A stretch of DNA of 63,994 bases, counting the filler, from Basidiobolus ranarum (Eukaryota), in assembly GCA_040143965.1 (NCBI GenBank). It is 4 parts of 4 records of this genome, joined end to end, with 100 filler letters (N's around TTAATTAATTAA, not from the genome) between each part and the next. Parts side by side here need not be neighbours in the genome. Positions count along the whole stretch, not along the records: positions 1 to 16,567 come from JASJQH010000338.1; 3 more parts are not named here. One strand, written 5' to 3'. The notes under the pieces were generated by a model. That model was not told the origin of the DNA and searched no databases. It saw only the letters and a program-made list of their open reading frames with translations. The position numbers and the translations under genes are program-made. Shown one piece after another: positions 1-12,787 of this stretch; position 1 is the stretch's first letter, and the number at the start of each line of letters is the position of its first letter.

Positions 1-499
1 TAGGGAATGTAGATTGGTGCGTCACTAGGTAAAAAGAAGATATATTTACTGAAAGAAGTAGATTTACTTTTTTCCAACTGCACCGTCTTGATAGATCAAA
101 ATTAACCATGGTTTAGGAAAGGTCAGGGTGAAATGGATTAGATTGGATGTGTCTAGCGAAAAGAAATCTCGATTGACTCACTTGGTGAAATATGAAAGGT
201 AAAGTTAGCCCCACTAAGCTGGGAACTAGACTTTCGTGGTGGTTGAGTGGGCGAGGGGAATTGCATCATGCTGGTTTCGTTGGCCATTCCGCTAACTTCA
301 GAAAATTCGAGATTCGGTTACGATTTGGTCCCAAAGTAAAGGATGTTAAGACAGTTCACTTTTAAGAACGGATGCTCCCAAGATTCTAGCGCAGATACAC
401 GCAAAGGAATAGCTTCGAGAGTAACTAAATGATTATCAGCCGCCGTTCGCTATGAGGATAACAATACTGAAAAAATAAGAAGCTGGAAATAGGAGCAAT

Positions 500-2000
500 C
501 CAGGCTCAGATGCAAGAAGCTCCGATTTATAATGAAGAAAGAGCTGGGAAACCGACATAAAGATGTGCCTCCTCAATATAGAAAACGAATTACCCATGTT
601 ACACCAGGCGACGGATGACTTTTAAAGTGAATCAATCAGGCTCTATCCTTTTCTAATCTTCGTAGCATTTCTGACAAATGGCCATTCTACAAACAGGAGC
701 CAATTAGAAGCCGACTGGCGGTATGAACGTATATATGTATTGCTGCGTACATTCTAATGAGTGGCAACTCCAGTGCCCCAAAGATCATTCAAACAGAGAG
801 TAAACTAACTTGAATCAATATTTTGATGTCGGGAGAAATGATGGGGTGTCTGAGGACTCAAAGTAACCAAAATAGCACACGGGCCGAGCAATCTCTACCG
901 CTGACATGGCCATAATAATACTTGAGCAAATCTGGCTGATTGTCCTTCGCTGGTTTATCGAAATCAGCATGAAAATCCAATTCCTTTGCGTATCGAACGG
1001 CCCCTCCCTTGCTTAAAGATCAATGGGAATGCGGTGTGGTGATGGCATTTCCAAGTATTCTTTGTGACAAACGAGTAATGACAGGTGAATGCCATGATCG
1101 TGGGAATTAAAGGGGCTTGTTGTCTTGGAGGCTTTTGGTGGGTTGGTTTGGTTTGGAGCGATCATCGCGTAGTGTTAGCTAAGTGTGCTAATCACCAAGC
1201 ATTAGCAATGCCAATGTTTGGAATGTTCGTGGGAAATTTGAACTTATCAAGTCACAGAATGTGCCACCAGAAGGAACATTTCCTCTGGTCACAATGAATA
1301 TTCGGCTAATCGAGAGATAGGACATTGCAAATTAAAATGGATAAAGCGGTTTTAGCGAATCAAACAAGGATCTTTATAATCCGTAATACTATGAGGTAGC
1401 TATGGCTTACAGATAGTGGTGTTGTATTACGCTGTCATCAGTGCTTTTGTGTCGGAAAAGGTAGAAGTAGGCTAGGCAGTACCAAGTAATTGCTTGGCAA
1501 ACCAGCCATTGACGACATATTTGAAATTAGTTCCAATCAACACCGCTACCATCATGCTTAAGCTGCCATTCTACAGCGTTGATTCGCCTACAGACTAAAA
1601 TGAAACTGGTCAAAGCTTGACGTGTTTTCAGGATTGATCTCAGCTACGTAATATCTGGAAAGAGAGGAAGAGCTCTGATCAGGTAAAACCTTGATCATCC
1701 CTATACAGCCCAGTTGTCCCACCATTCATAGGTGTCAGCCATTGGCTCATTACTACGGATAACGATTACGATTGTTGGATGCGATAGCTGAGAATTCCTT
1801 CCTAGAATATCTTGATGACGATTGGACTAGTAGAAGATGAGAGTACGAGGTTTGTAATAGTATCCTTAGTATCTTTACGACTCCAGATCTTCGGAATTAC
1901 TTCCTATCCTTATGTTTCACCAATCGTGAGGTGACCCTACATTTTCTTGTGGAAAAGAATGAACCGAATCTACCTGCTGGTAAGCTATTCTGTGAATCTG
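500..2000 (+). mobile_element. Highly degenerate Ty3/Gypsy-like pol relic (RT, RNase H, integrase, chromodomain order)
   Basis: Stop-ridden translations loosely resemble pol motifs in the expected order: LSFAGL..NSFAYRTAPPLLKDQWE (RT thumb), CANHQAL (RNase H TDHQAL), ILMFHQS (PVFHVS), HFLVEK (chromo-like). No intact ORF; boundaries approximate. Confidence 0.4.
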
Positions 2001-3794
2001 CCACCTAACTGATACAAGAGTCTAGGTGTGGCTAGGTCAAGGGAGTTGTTCTTCAATCCAGCCGAGTGTTGAAACACCATTACTTGGACTATTTATCTCA
2101 GCTGCCAGTGTTATAACTTAGAAACAACCTAATATTATACTTTTTAGTCTCTGATATTTCAATGGTATATAACTGTATTTCAGTACCAATCCCATGCTGT
2201 TGCTATGCTAGCATTAATAAGTCAAGTGAACAAAGATTAGAAAGTACATCAGCTGAAAGAACTATTTGATGGCAGTAACTGCCAGATGAACAGCACTCAA
2301 CTACTACTACAGCAAAAACTGGACTACATTGACATGGCTGTGTTTATGACCCTGGTGACTTAGCTATAGAGAAAGCTAAAATAGGTTGCCCACACCTGAG
2401 TATCATCTAAAATATGTATGGAGGTATATCTAGACAAACTTTCATTAGCATGAACTTATTGAATAATTAATTTACGCAATAGATAAAGGGATTTCAGATG
2501 TAGAAAAACTAGGCTTGAAAAAGGTTTGACAGCATATTTCTTTAAAGGATCAATCCCAAAAAAGTATTGTTGACACTTACAATGTCAACATTTGACTGAA
2601 AAGGAATCATTTATGATGGCAAGTTGAATGTAGTTGGTGCCAACGCAATATATACTAAATATATTCAAAAATTTCGATAACTATTAGGTTTAAAAGCCTT
2701 AGAGTGCTCCATAGAAGCTCACTAAGAATAAACATAGATTTCAGACCTGAGAACACCAAGCATAATAGCCAAATAACAGGATGTAACGGTCCTTTAGTGG
2801 TAGATAACATCTACGTAAGGCGCTTACTAGTGCTAGACATATACCAAAGATTACAATCGAAGTGGAAGCTGGTCAGGGGCACAATGTGTGAGATCGAAAT
2901 AGAATATCCCCTATGATAGTGAACTAAATTGATTCCAAATTTCAAGTGAGAGACAGAAAGGTGAGTGTAGCTACAGCCACATTTCATCATTGATTATCAT
3001 CATCAACCTAAGATCCATGCTAATTTTCGGGCATATCACACACTAACGCACCCAGTGGCCACATTGAATTCATTACCGAGATATCAATCGTTTCATCGAG
3101 TTCTCAGACTTGTTTCGGGGCTCATATAAATCTGGATTATATTATTAAGCGTCTCATTCTCCAAAGATTGGAACATCTTTTGTCATACCTAGAGTCAGCA
3201 ATGCATCATCGTAAGCTTGCGGTCTAACTGTATCAATGAATGAGTGCAGAGTTATAGGCGGCGTTTGAGCATGTTGCTTCAATAGATCCCTCATGAGGAC
3301 AGTTTCTCTCGCAACCCTTATTTGTGATGCTAATGCTTACCAGATGTATTTCATAAATCGATTCTGACACAATCGAAGCTGGTCACGCATAGGTGATCGT
3401 GTATCATTCATGCGTTTTCTTATTTAGTTTTCTACCCAGATATGGTGACTCAACTTAAACGCCTTGGATCAATAAGTTTGGTGTTGAGACAGGGAGAATT
3501 GCCAGTAACATGTATCACCGATCATTCATGTGGATCTGATTATTGATGATGTGGAAATATTTACTATCACTTGAGTAGTCTACCATCATGATGAGCACTG
3601 AGTAAACTGCAGTTATCACACTTGCTTTTAGGATCATACCGTTTTTAACTTTAACTGGTGGTGTGTTATTCATCCAAGGTAATACATTGTCACGTGTCGC
3701 ACTTGGAGGAGCTCTTACTGAGATAGCTTCTCTTTTTAACTTGAAATCCATGCGTGAACTTCTCGTTATTCTCTCATAGCTAAGTTTAGAAAAA

Positions 3795-6700
3795 ATGAAT
3801 CTGCAAACAGATAGTCGCTCAGCAAATATCTCTGTCTCTCGCGAAATGGATTGTCCCCCATTTGCGGTGGCACGTCGTAGAAGAGCTCAATCTGTTTCGC
3901 ATCTAACGTACGCGTTGACTTCGGCATTAAAACTCCCGCCTATCCATGAGTCTGAGAACAACTATCATCTTCATTCCTCTCAACATAAGCCCTATTCTGT
4001 CGAGAAAGTTCCAAGTTGGGAGCCTACATTAGAACACGCCATCAAGGCCATAGTATCTATTAGGGCTAATCATGTTCGGAGTTTCGATACAGAAACTTCA
4101 GGTGATTTTTGAAAGTGAGAATCGCAATGGCTTCGGATATTCATTAATGTCTATAAATTTCTAGGTTCGTATACTGCTACCGGCTTCGTAGTGGATGCCG
4201 AGCGCGGTATCATTCTCTCCAATCGACATGTAGTCAGTCCTGCCCCTATCGTCGCTCAGGCTGTCTTCACTAATTATGAAGAGGTAAATCTTCAACCCAT
4301 TTATCGTGATCCTGTACATGATTTTGGCTTTTTCAAGTTTGATCCTTTGGCAATTAAATTTATGAAATTGGTGGAAATCCCTCTTACCCCAGAGCGAGTC
4401 AAGGTAGGACTGGATGTTCGTGTGGTTGGAAATGACGCAGGTGAGAAACTATCTATCCTGGCTGGAACCCTTGCCCGTCTTGATCGTAGGGCTCCAGATT
4501 ATGGAGTGGGCGAGTACAATGATTTCAACACCTTCTACTTACAAGCAGCGTCTGGAACGAGTGGTGGCTCATCTGGGAGCCCTGTACTTGATATTGAAGG
4601 GCATGCTATAGCTCTAAATGCAGGCGGAGCTTCTAGAGCATCATCAAGTTATTACCTGCCTTTGCATCGTATCGTTGCAGCTTTGAAGTATATTCAAGAA
4701 GGCAAACGTGTACCACGTGGAACACTTCAAACTGAATTCGAACATCTTCCCTACGATGACATTCGCAGGTTAGGCCTTAAGGCAGAATTGGAGCGAGAGA
4801 TTCGTGAGATTTTCCCAGAGGAGACCGGTTTGTTGGTGGTCCGACAGGTCCTTCCAAGAGGCCCTGGAGATGAAATCTTAACTCCAGGTGATATCATCTT
4901 GCGCCTGAACGGCAACTATCTCACCAATTTTGTAGATCTATTCTCTGTGATCGATGAATCAGTAGGAGCCGATATCAGTCTTACAATTAGTAGAGGATCA
5001 AAGGTCATGGAAGTTACACTCAAAATTCAAGATCTTCACTCCATTACTCCCAATAGATTTGTGGAAATCGGAGGTGGTGTTGTTAATGAGCTCTCTTATC
5101 AATTAGCCAAAGGGTTCAGCCAGCCCGTAGGAGGCGTCTACGTGGCGACAAGTGGGCATATGCTGGCTAGTGCGAGTGCATGGCGCAAAAGCATTATCCT
5201 TAGTGTAAACCATATTCCTACGCCTAATCTTGATACCTTCGTCGATGCTATTAAAACTCTTCCGGATGGCGCACGTGTACCGATCAGATATTACTCTCTC
5301 TCAAAAGTATACAAAGAACGTTTAATGATCATGCACGTGGCTCGTCACTGGCACAACTTTAGAATGGCAGAGAGAGATGACAATACTGGTATTTGGCGTT
5401 ATACAGATATGCCAACATCACCCGCCATTCATTCTTACTTGCCCGCTTCTGCATCATTCCCTACTCTTGATGGAAATATGAAACTGGCCGGGAAACTACT
5501 CCCATCATTTGTTGCCATCGATTTTCACATTCCATATTTGGTGGATGGCATGAAGGATACTCAATTCTATGGCATAGGACTCATCCTGAACATTGAACGC
5601 GGTCTTATCATATGCGATAGAGATACTGTACCGATCTCTATTGGAGATATATTCCTCACTTTCGCGAACTCAATTATCATCCCTGGTCGTCTTGTATACC
5701 TTCACCCATTTTTCAACTTTGCCATTCTGAAATACGATCCAGAATTACTCGGAGACACTCCTGTTCAAGCCGCAGAAATTCTCTATGATCACCCACTCTC
5801 ACAGGGCGATGAGGTTCACATGGTGGCCATCAGCGCTGATCACAATCCTCTTGTTAGACGTACACATGTCACCAGTATTGGAAATGTCTCCACTCGTGAA
5901 TGCTCACCACCTAGATGGAGAGCCATGAATGTTGAGGGAATTAAACTAGATGACCCAGTGTCGTGCCAGGGAGGTGTATTGTGTAATGCCGAAGGCCAAG
6001 TACTTGCACTTTGGATCAATTACTCAAGCCAGAATGACAAACAAAAAGACATATCCTTCATGCCAGGATTCTCTGTGGATCATCTACGACCGGTCATTGA
6101 GCCACTTATACTAGGCAAAACCCCAAAGTTAAGAGCATTTGATGTTGAATTTTGGACTTTGAGAATTGCTGCTGCGCGAACTTTGGGCTTGACTGACGAA
6201 TGGGTTCAACGACTTGAATCATCAGGAACCAAGCAGCATACCTTACTTTATGTTCTTAGCTTGCTTTGCTCCAACTCTCCAGTCTCCAATGTATTGAATG
6301 TGGGGGATGTAATACTTGAAATGAATGGGAAGATTGTCAATAAGATGAGCGATTTGGCGGAATTAAATACAGAAACGGAAGTCAAAGTGGTAAGTAAAGT
6401 TATCGTCTTGTTATCTAAGAATTTCTCATCTCAAATGTATGTCTAGAAACTCCTTCGTGACGGTAAAGAACTGGCGGTTACGGTCCCCACCGTCCCTCTC
6501 GACGGCCTAGGAACCACTCGTATCATTGGTTGGGCTGGGGCTCTAGTTCAAGAGCCTTACAGAGCCGTTTTGGAGCAAGTTAAGAATATCCCTCGAGGTG
6601 TGTACGTTTCATGTACTCTTTATGGCTCACCAGCAAATACGTACAACCTTAAGCCAGGGGTTTGGATCTCTGAAATCAATGATATTCCAGTACATGATCT

Positions 6701-6908
6701 TGTCTCATTTTGTGAAGCCGTCAAATTATTGAAAGATCGTTCACATGAAGGTAGCGATGATGAGTACATCCGCCTTAAAACGATTAGTCGAGCAGGTGAG
6801 ACGGTTCGTGTGCTTAGCTTGAAACCAGATGAGCATTACTGGCCAACTTGGCAATTGGTACAAGATGAAAGTACTACTGTTGGGTGGAAGTGTATTTTCG
6901 AGATTTGA
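3795..6908 (+). CDS. NMA111: Nma111/Ynm3 HtrA-family nuclear serine protease (two protease domains plus PDZ domains); 3 exons
   Basis: Exons 3795-4101, 4165-6389, 6447-6908 joined by GT-AG introns that keep frame. Catalytic motifs NRHVV, VHDFGF, GGSSGSP; YGVGEYNDFNTFYLQAAS; degenerate second protease domain; C-terminal HYWPT. Confidence 0.95.
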
Positions 6909-8132
6909 GATGGCTCGCAAACAAAATACGATATTTCTTCTTTTTAAAGTTTAAACTAGTATAGTTTTAGCAGTGTTTGATGTATTATATTCGTTTTCGA
7001 TAAGGTCGATATTCTACGTATATATCGTTAGAAAAGAGACATTCCAAAAATAAATAACTTAACCCCCATTAAGTAGGGACCACACATTATTCTATCCTGT
7101 TATCGTATATACCCCTTTGCATGTTTAGTACCAACACCTACTAATGGAAAATACCTATTCTTCAGGATATTGGGTCGAGACCTTTATTCTCCAGGTTGCT
7201 GTTTTGTTAGTTAATCTTGTATCTACTTAACTCCATCTTGAGTGGAGCTGGAAATATGTGCATGCATAGTTACTTATGAGTACTTATGTTTGACACAATT
7301 GGATCGACATTGCGAACATTCGTGTCGAATTACATCGGCCAAACACCGACCAGATCATCGGTCAAAGTCGAAACAGCGAGTCAGATTTCGAGATATATAT
7401 TTAGTGTAATGAATCTTACCAAGTAACTGACTCAGTTTCAGATTAGGATATCGAGGTGTATTACTACATCATCCGACAATAATTACGGTTCACACCCAAG
7501 TAATATGGTTCTCAAGAGATATTATGTGAATGGGAAAATCCCAATCAGTCCTCGTACGGCATGAGCTGTATCAGCTTCGTTCCCATTCTCCAGATTTCTA
7601 AATTCTTATTCCAGGTTAGCATTTCCCAATAGTCCCCAAGCTCTAGGATGCTACCAGCTACTCTACGTGAGAGTCATTCCTGGGGGTATCCAGCCGGTGA
7701 TTGGTTGTCAAGGAGTTTGTACCTAAAATTGAGTAAAATCTGTCCAAGATTTTGGATTATCGGCTTCATTTACCAATGACTTGACTATCTCAAGTTGAAC
7801 AGCACAAAAAAAGCACTGTGTGAACAATATTTATCATGTGAACAATTTGAGTTCGAAGTCTGCCAACAAGATTTACATCCAAAGTTGGATTTCATGGGAG
7901 AATTTCTCGTAGGATAGTAGATAGGTTTTCCCATCCATTGGACGGCATCCTCATTTAGGTAATAGAAGCCAATAATGTAATTCAACTCAAGCGTACACAA
8001 ATATTTACCTGTTATTATCATCGTGACTATAACCCATCTTTACTAACCTTTTGTTGGATCTGTCGATGGTATAAATATGAGCACATGCAACACGAAGTAG
8101 TCAGTATCTCGGTTTATCTTCTCTCTATCATT

Positions 8133-9611
8133 ATGAAAGCCTCTGTTGTGTTTGTTGCTTTAGCCGCCGCCCTTTCTGTCTCTCACGTTGATGCATGTGA
8201 CTCTGAATGGTTGCAACGCAAGATCACTCTCAAAGGAGTTCTCAGACATACAGATGCCTTCCAAAAGTTCGCTAATCTTCATAATCATACCCGTGTATTT
8301 GGAAGCAAAGGTCATCAACTTACCGTTGATTATATTCACGGGATTGTGAAAAAGGCTGGATACGATGTAACTCTTCAGGAGTTTACTGCTCCATACTCAG
8401 AGACATTGGCCCAGAAATTGACCATCGATGGAAAAGAATATGTAATTCAAGCTATGACTTTAACTGCCTCTACTCCTGAAGGTGGTGTTACAGCTCCACT
8501 CGTACTTATACCTAATGTTACTGGTGAAAAGGGATCAGCTGGATGTGAAGATGGGGATTTTGCTGGTCTTGATCTTAAGGGAAAGATTGCTCTTGTTGAA
8601 CGTGGCAGCTGTCCCTTCAATACAAAATCCATTAACGCTGGTAAACTCGGTGCTATTGCAACCATTGTATATAACAATGCACCAGGAGATTTCAAAGGAA
8701 CCCTTGGGGCTGAGGGTACTTCACAATTCCCCACTGGTGGTATCAGCCAAGAATCCGGTAAAATTTTGATGGAATTACTAAAGAAAGGTGAAGTCAAGGC
8801 TTCTGTCAACATTAAAGAACTTCGTGAGAACCGCTCAACCTATAATATTATCGCCGAAACTAAAGGTGGAGATCCATCAAAGGTGATTATGCTCGGTGCC
8901 CACTCGGACTCTGTCCAAGCTGGTCCTGGTATTAACGACAATGGTTCCGGTAGTGCTGCTCTACTTGAGTTGGCGCATCAATTCAGAAATGTAAAGCCCA
9001 AGAATAAGATTCGTTTTGCTTGGTGGTCTGCTGAAGAATTCGGTCTCGTAGGATCGGAGTACTACGTTGCCAAATTACCAAAGAGTGAAATCAATAACAT
9101 TGCTGTTATGCTTAACTTTGACATGATTGCCTCACCTAACTATGTAATTCGTGTCTACAAGGGAGACGAAAGTGGCCAAGCAGTTCCAGCTGGTTCTGAA
9201 GTTATTACTAAAATGTTTGAAGATCACTTCAAGGCAAAGAAGATTACTTATGAGAGTGATGTGTATCCTTTCAGTCGTTCTGATGTTGGTCCTTTTGCTG
9301 CTATTGGAATTCCTTCTGGAGGACTTGATACTGGTGCGGAGAAATTGAAGACAGAGGAACAGGCTAAGAAATTCGGCGGTAAAGCTGGAGAACCATACGA
9401 CAAGTGCTATCATCAAGCCTGCGACACCACTGCCAACATTGCTCATAAAGCCTTTTTGATTAACTCCCGCGGTATTGCACATGCAGTTGCCACCTACGCT
9501 AACGATGTTTCTAGTGTTTCGGCGGCACGTGGTGGCCCTGCCAAGGTTACTAAGAGAGCAATTGATTACACCAATCAAGGATCTGATGGCTGCTCCTTAC
9601 CCAGCATATAA
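8133..9611 (+). CDS. Secreted M28 zinc aminopeptidase with PA domain (aminopeptidase Y/LAP2-like), intronless
   Basis: Signal peptide MKASVVFVALAAALSVSHVDA from ATG 8133 (ORF open from 8085; TATAAAT near 8070). PA domain (KIALVERGSCPF). M28 motifs GAHSDSV, GINDNGSG, WWSAEEFGL, LNFDMIASPN, CYHQACD. Confidence 0.93.
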   Translation: MKASVVFVALAAALSVSHVDACDSEWLQRKITLKGVLRHTDAFQKFANLHNHTRVFGSKGHQLTVDYIHGIVKKAGYDVTLQEFTAPYSETLAQKLTIDGKEYVIQAMTLTASTPEGGVTAPLVLIPNVTGEKGSAGCEDGDFAGLDLKGKIALVERGSCPFNTKSINAGKLGAIATIVYNNAPGDFKGTLGAEGTSQFPTGGISQESGKILMELLKKGEVKASVNIKELRENRSTYNIIAETKGGDPSKVIMLGAHSDSVQAGPGINDNGSGSAALLELAHQFRNVKPKNKIRFAWWSAEEFGLVGSEYYVAKLPKSEINNIAVMLNFDMIASPNYVIRVYKGDESGQAVPAGSEVITKMFEDHFKAKKITYESDVYPFSRSDVGPFAAIGIPSGGLDTGAEKLKTEEQAKKFGGKAGEPYDKCYHQACDTTANIAHKAFLINSRGIAHAVATYANDVSSVSAARGGPAKVTKRAIDYTNQGSDGCSLPSI

Positions 9612-10285
9612 TATGGGTATATCTCAACAATTTTCGCCCGTTACAAATCAAAGTAATAGCTCAATCACCTTTTTGAAGTTTTTGAATAATAAAGCATGTC
9701 ATACTTCCAACATTTGCTTCATATCTTTTTATTTTGGATTCAGGTGAGCTGATCACTTTGTTGAAATAAGTTGAGTTCTTCGAATTTCTAATTAATCATA
9801 TAGCAACTGTTTCGCCTGTCTTATGTCGATATAATTTTGACTACTACAGATTTTACTATTTAAAGTTTTCAATGTTCTACAATTTTTGAGACACATAGGA
9901 TCATCGTACCTCCAAAACTGCGAATCGGGAATGGTGTCACATTAATCTACGTTTTACTGGATTTACACTCTTTCAGACTCATCTCATGCGTCACCTCTGC
10001 TGCTATTTGTAGAATTTAATAGCAGATAGAATTGCATGGGAATAATCCAAGAGTATCAATTTTACCAGCAATCTCTTCGCAATATAGAAAATATTCATGT
10101 GCTTGGTATGATAGAGCAACTCCACTGGCAATGATTCGCTTAGCGTACTGTCCGGCAAATAAAACTTTGGCCTCCATTGAAATCAGTCATGAGCAATTCC
10201 GCTTTACTAGAATTTATATATATATAGTTGACACAATGGGTGGCTTGTATACAGTGTCTCTCGTTTCATTATGATACAAGACTTA

Positions 10286-11117
10286 TCAACTTCCACCACT
10301 ACCAGAACCAGTACTTTTAGATTGCAGTAGTACTCGAATATAAATAACTGACAGAATAAGCATATGATAACAGCCTTGCTTGTCCTCTATCAGACCATCA
10401 AGCATGGATTCAACAATTCGTAACTCGCTTGGACCCACAATATGATGACGATAAAAAGCGACATAAGTTCTTTCGCTTTTGTCTTGCTTTTTAACTCCCT
10501 GAGAAGAAGAGGCTACATTACTTGTATCAGTAGAAGTAGAAGCCTCAGGAAGTATGCGCTGAAGTCTGCATCGAAGTTCATAGAGACTTTTGTGTCTCCA
10601 GGTAAGAGTGATTTTTCCTTCCCAATCGAAAGTGTAACACGTTTTAACTGCACGCTCCCGTCTGGCCACAATGCGCTCAGGATGACTAATAGGGGACTTT
10701 GCTAAGTAGTTAAAGCAGAATTCGAAAGAAAAATATTTATCCCGCTTGGTTTGACAAAGAGGTCGGTCGTCCGCAGCGTCCAGTAATATCATACCAGTTA
10801 GTGCGAATGTTTTTCGAGGCTTACAAGTGTACACTAAATCATTATTTTCAGCATATGAAACCTCGTATTTATGTGAAAACATAGCTACATGCTTGATATT
10901 ATATATGGTTCCGTTTTGAGAATCAGAAAATCTTCGGTCTAGTTGGCCTGGATTCTGTGCATCGTCCAGGTAAATATCGTTATCATCGCTAACCTCGTCA
11001 TAGGATGGCGCGTCATCAAACTCATTGTAAGGTGGTGGAGTTGTGGGCTGTAGTATAGCGTTAAATAATTGTTGCAATAAATCTCAATGATTTGATACTA
11101 ACCTTGGTTGGTTCCAT
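10286..11117 (-). CDS. Hypothetical protein with N-terminal PPPY/PSY motifs and a probable Tubby-C/LURP-like beta domain; 2 exons
   Basis: Micro-exon ATG 11117-11103 (MEPTK), GT-AG intron 11102-11048, then the long ORF to stop 10286. YTFDWEGKITLTWR and terminal LILSVIYI helix suggest the fold; family not certain. Confidence 0.7.
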
Positions 11118-11805
11118 GATGACAGAAAAAATCGATTTCTCAACTAATTACCTCACCTTTATATATAGAATTTAATTTGGTCACGCTTCAGAAACGTTAA
11201 TGGTCATTTTGTGGGATGTGAATGAAATCATCAAATATAACATGTGCCTCAGGTCACGTGAAATGAGCAATGCGATGATTAGAAACTCTTACCTGTAATT
11301 CCTATGTTTTAATTTATCGAAGAACTGCGTTGCCATCTGAATAATTATCCACTAATTGGATGTATATTACAGCAATCACGAAACAGGTTTCCGGATCTGG
11401 GCATGATAGATAATGGTCCACTCAATATCATCTATACAGCCTGTACTGTAATCTATAGCACATATATGGAAAATGGCGGAATGGAGTTGCAGCAACGATC
11501 CTCCTATTTCAGGAAATTCTAGTTCTTGGCTTAAAGTTTCCAAACTTGGACCAGCAACAGGTAATTGAAAGTTGCGGTTCACACATTAATGTGGGTAATT
11601 AAGGAAGAATGCCTACCCTCTATTTTAATTCAAATCTTCAATCGAAGAATATTGAACACATTGATAATAGTTAAGTATCTTAAGGGCATAGATTTTATGA
11701 TTAGACTGTTACTTCAAAATAGCATTAATAGCGGGATAGGGGATTGGGGATTTTTCACTTCAGTAAATGAAGACAGAGCTTGTGACATGACCAACAAGGA
11801 GTTGT

Positions 11806-12787
11806 CTAATATTTTATGGCTGGTGGCGGATCCCGATTCCATTTGTTATTTATATGGTTGGAAAACAATACCGAAATAAAGATGAGACACAGGTGAGGCA
11901 GCAGTATAGCAAAAGACACGATATAGGCAGCTTTCAATGCAAGTGAGTTGAATCGATAATATTTACCAAGACACCCTGGTAGTAGACTCCGCATATAACA
12001 CTTGTTAGATAAAGCTGGATGATCAAGAGGTCCTTGAAAACCACAACAATGGAGCTATTGGATAATTCATATGGTAAACAAATGCCTGTAAGATTGATTG
12101 ATCACATAAAGGATAGTTACATTATTTTGGATAGTCAGTCTTTCGCTGTAACTAAAAGATCTCCATTGACTTCCTAATTTGGCTCGCAAATTCCATAATA
12201 AGCGTTTGTATCCTAAATACCCAACAGAGGCAGTCATAGCAAACAGTGGCCAAAGTATAAGAGCACATATGGTAAGAAGTTTTCTATTGTTGGTAATGAT
12301 TCCATAGTAAGCCACCAAGCAATTTACCACCGTTAATATACTTGTTACAGTAGTAAGAACAAGCATATTTTTATTCCCAGTTACGATAACTTCTGCTCGA
12401 AGATATGCTTTGAACCACGTCAGTAAAGAGCCCACAAGAGCGCAGATAGCAACTACAAATATCTTCAACAATTGATTATTATCATAAAGTACCGAAATAC
12501 TTGAGGAACTTGGGTATATATATATATATATTTACCACTGTATAGCCCAAAATCAGAATCCATTTGGCCTTGGACCAACTTTGCGAACTTGGATTTGGGG
12601 TAGAAAGGTATCTGTCATTTGAGCGGTTCAGAACATTGAATTTCGCGTCATGCATCTCGTATACTCTCTCATCGGGCTTCTCTCTATGTGTATCCAAATC
12701 AAAAGTAGAAGCAACAGCGGCACTCTGTCTCTGCACTAGAGTCTCCGCCGTTGATTCCGTTGTATAAACGCTGCTTCGACGCGCCAT
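11806..12787 (-). CDS. TSP2: Fungal tetraspanin of the Tsp2 type; 3 exons
   Basis: Exons 12787-12536, 12462-12121, 12054-11806. Four hydrophobic segments; extracellular loop with LHCCG, KCYMRSLLPGC; NLRAKLGSQW motif. Confidence 0.85.

Noticed and set aside
6051-6060. ATATCCTT (AT-AC donor-like) in NMA111, and again at about 47511 in RIC8
   Set aside because: Both lie in uninterrupted coding frame with no matching branch site or AC acceptor.
8447-9578. Antisense and alternate-frame ORFs over the aminopeptidase (similar ones over GlyRS, CBM21 and SMC3)
   Set aside because: Shadow ORFs of real coding sequence with no independent motifs.
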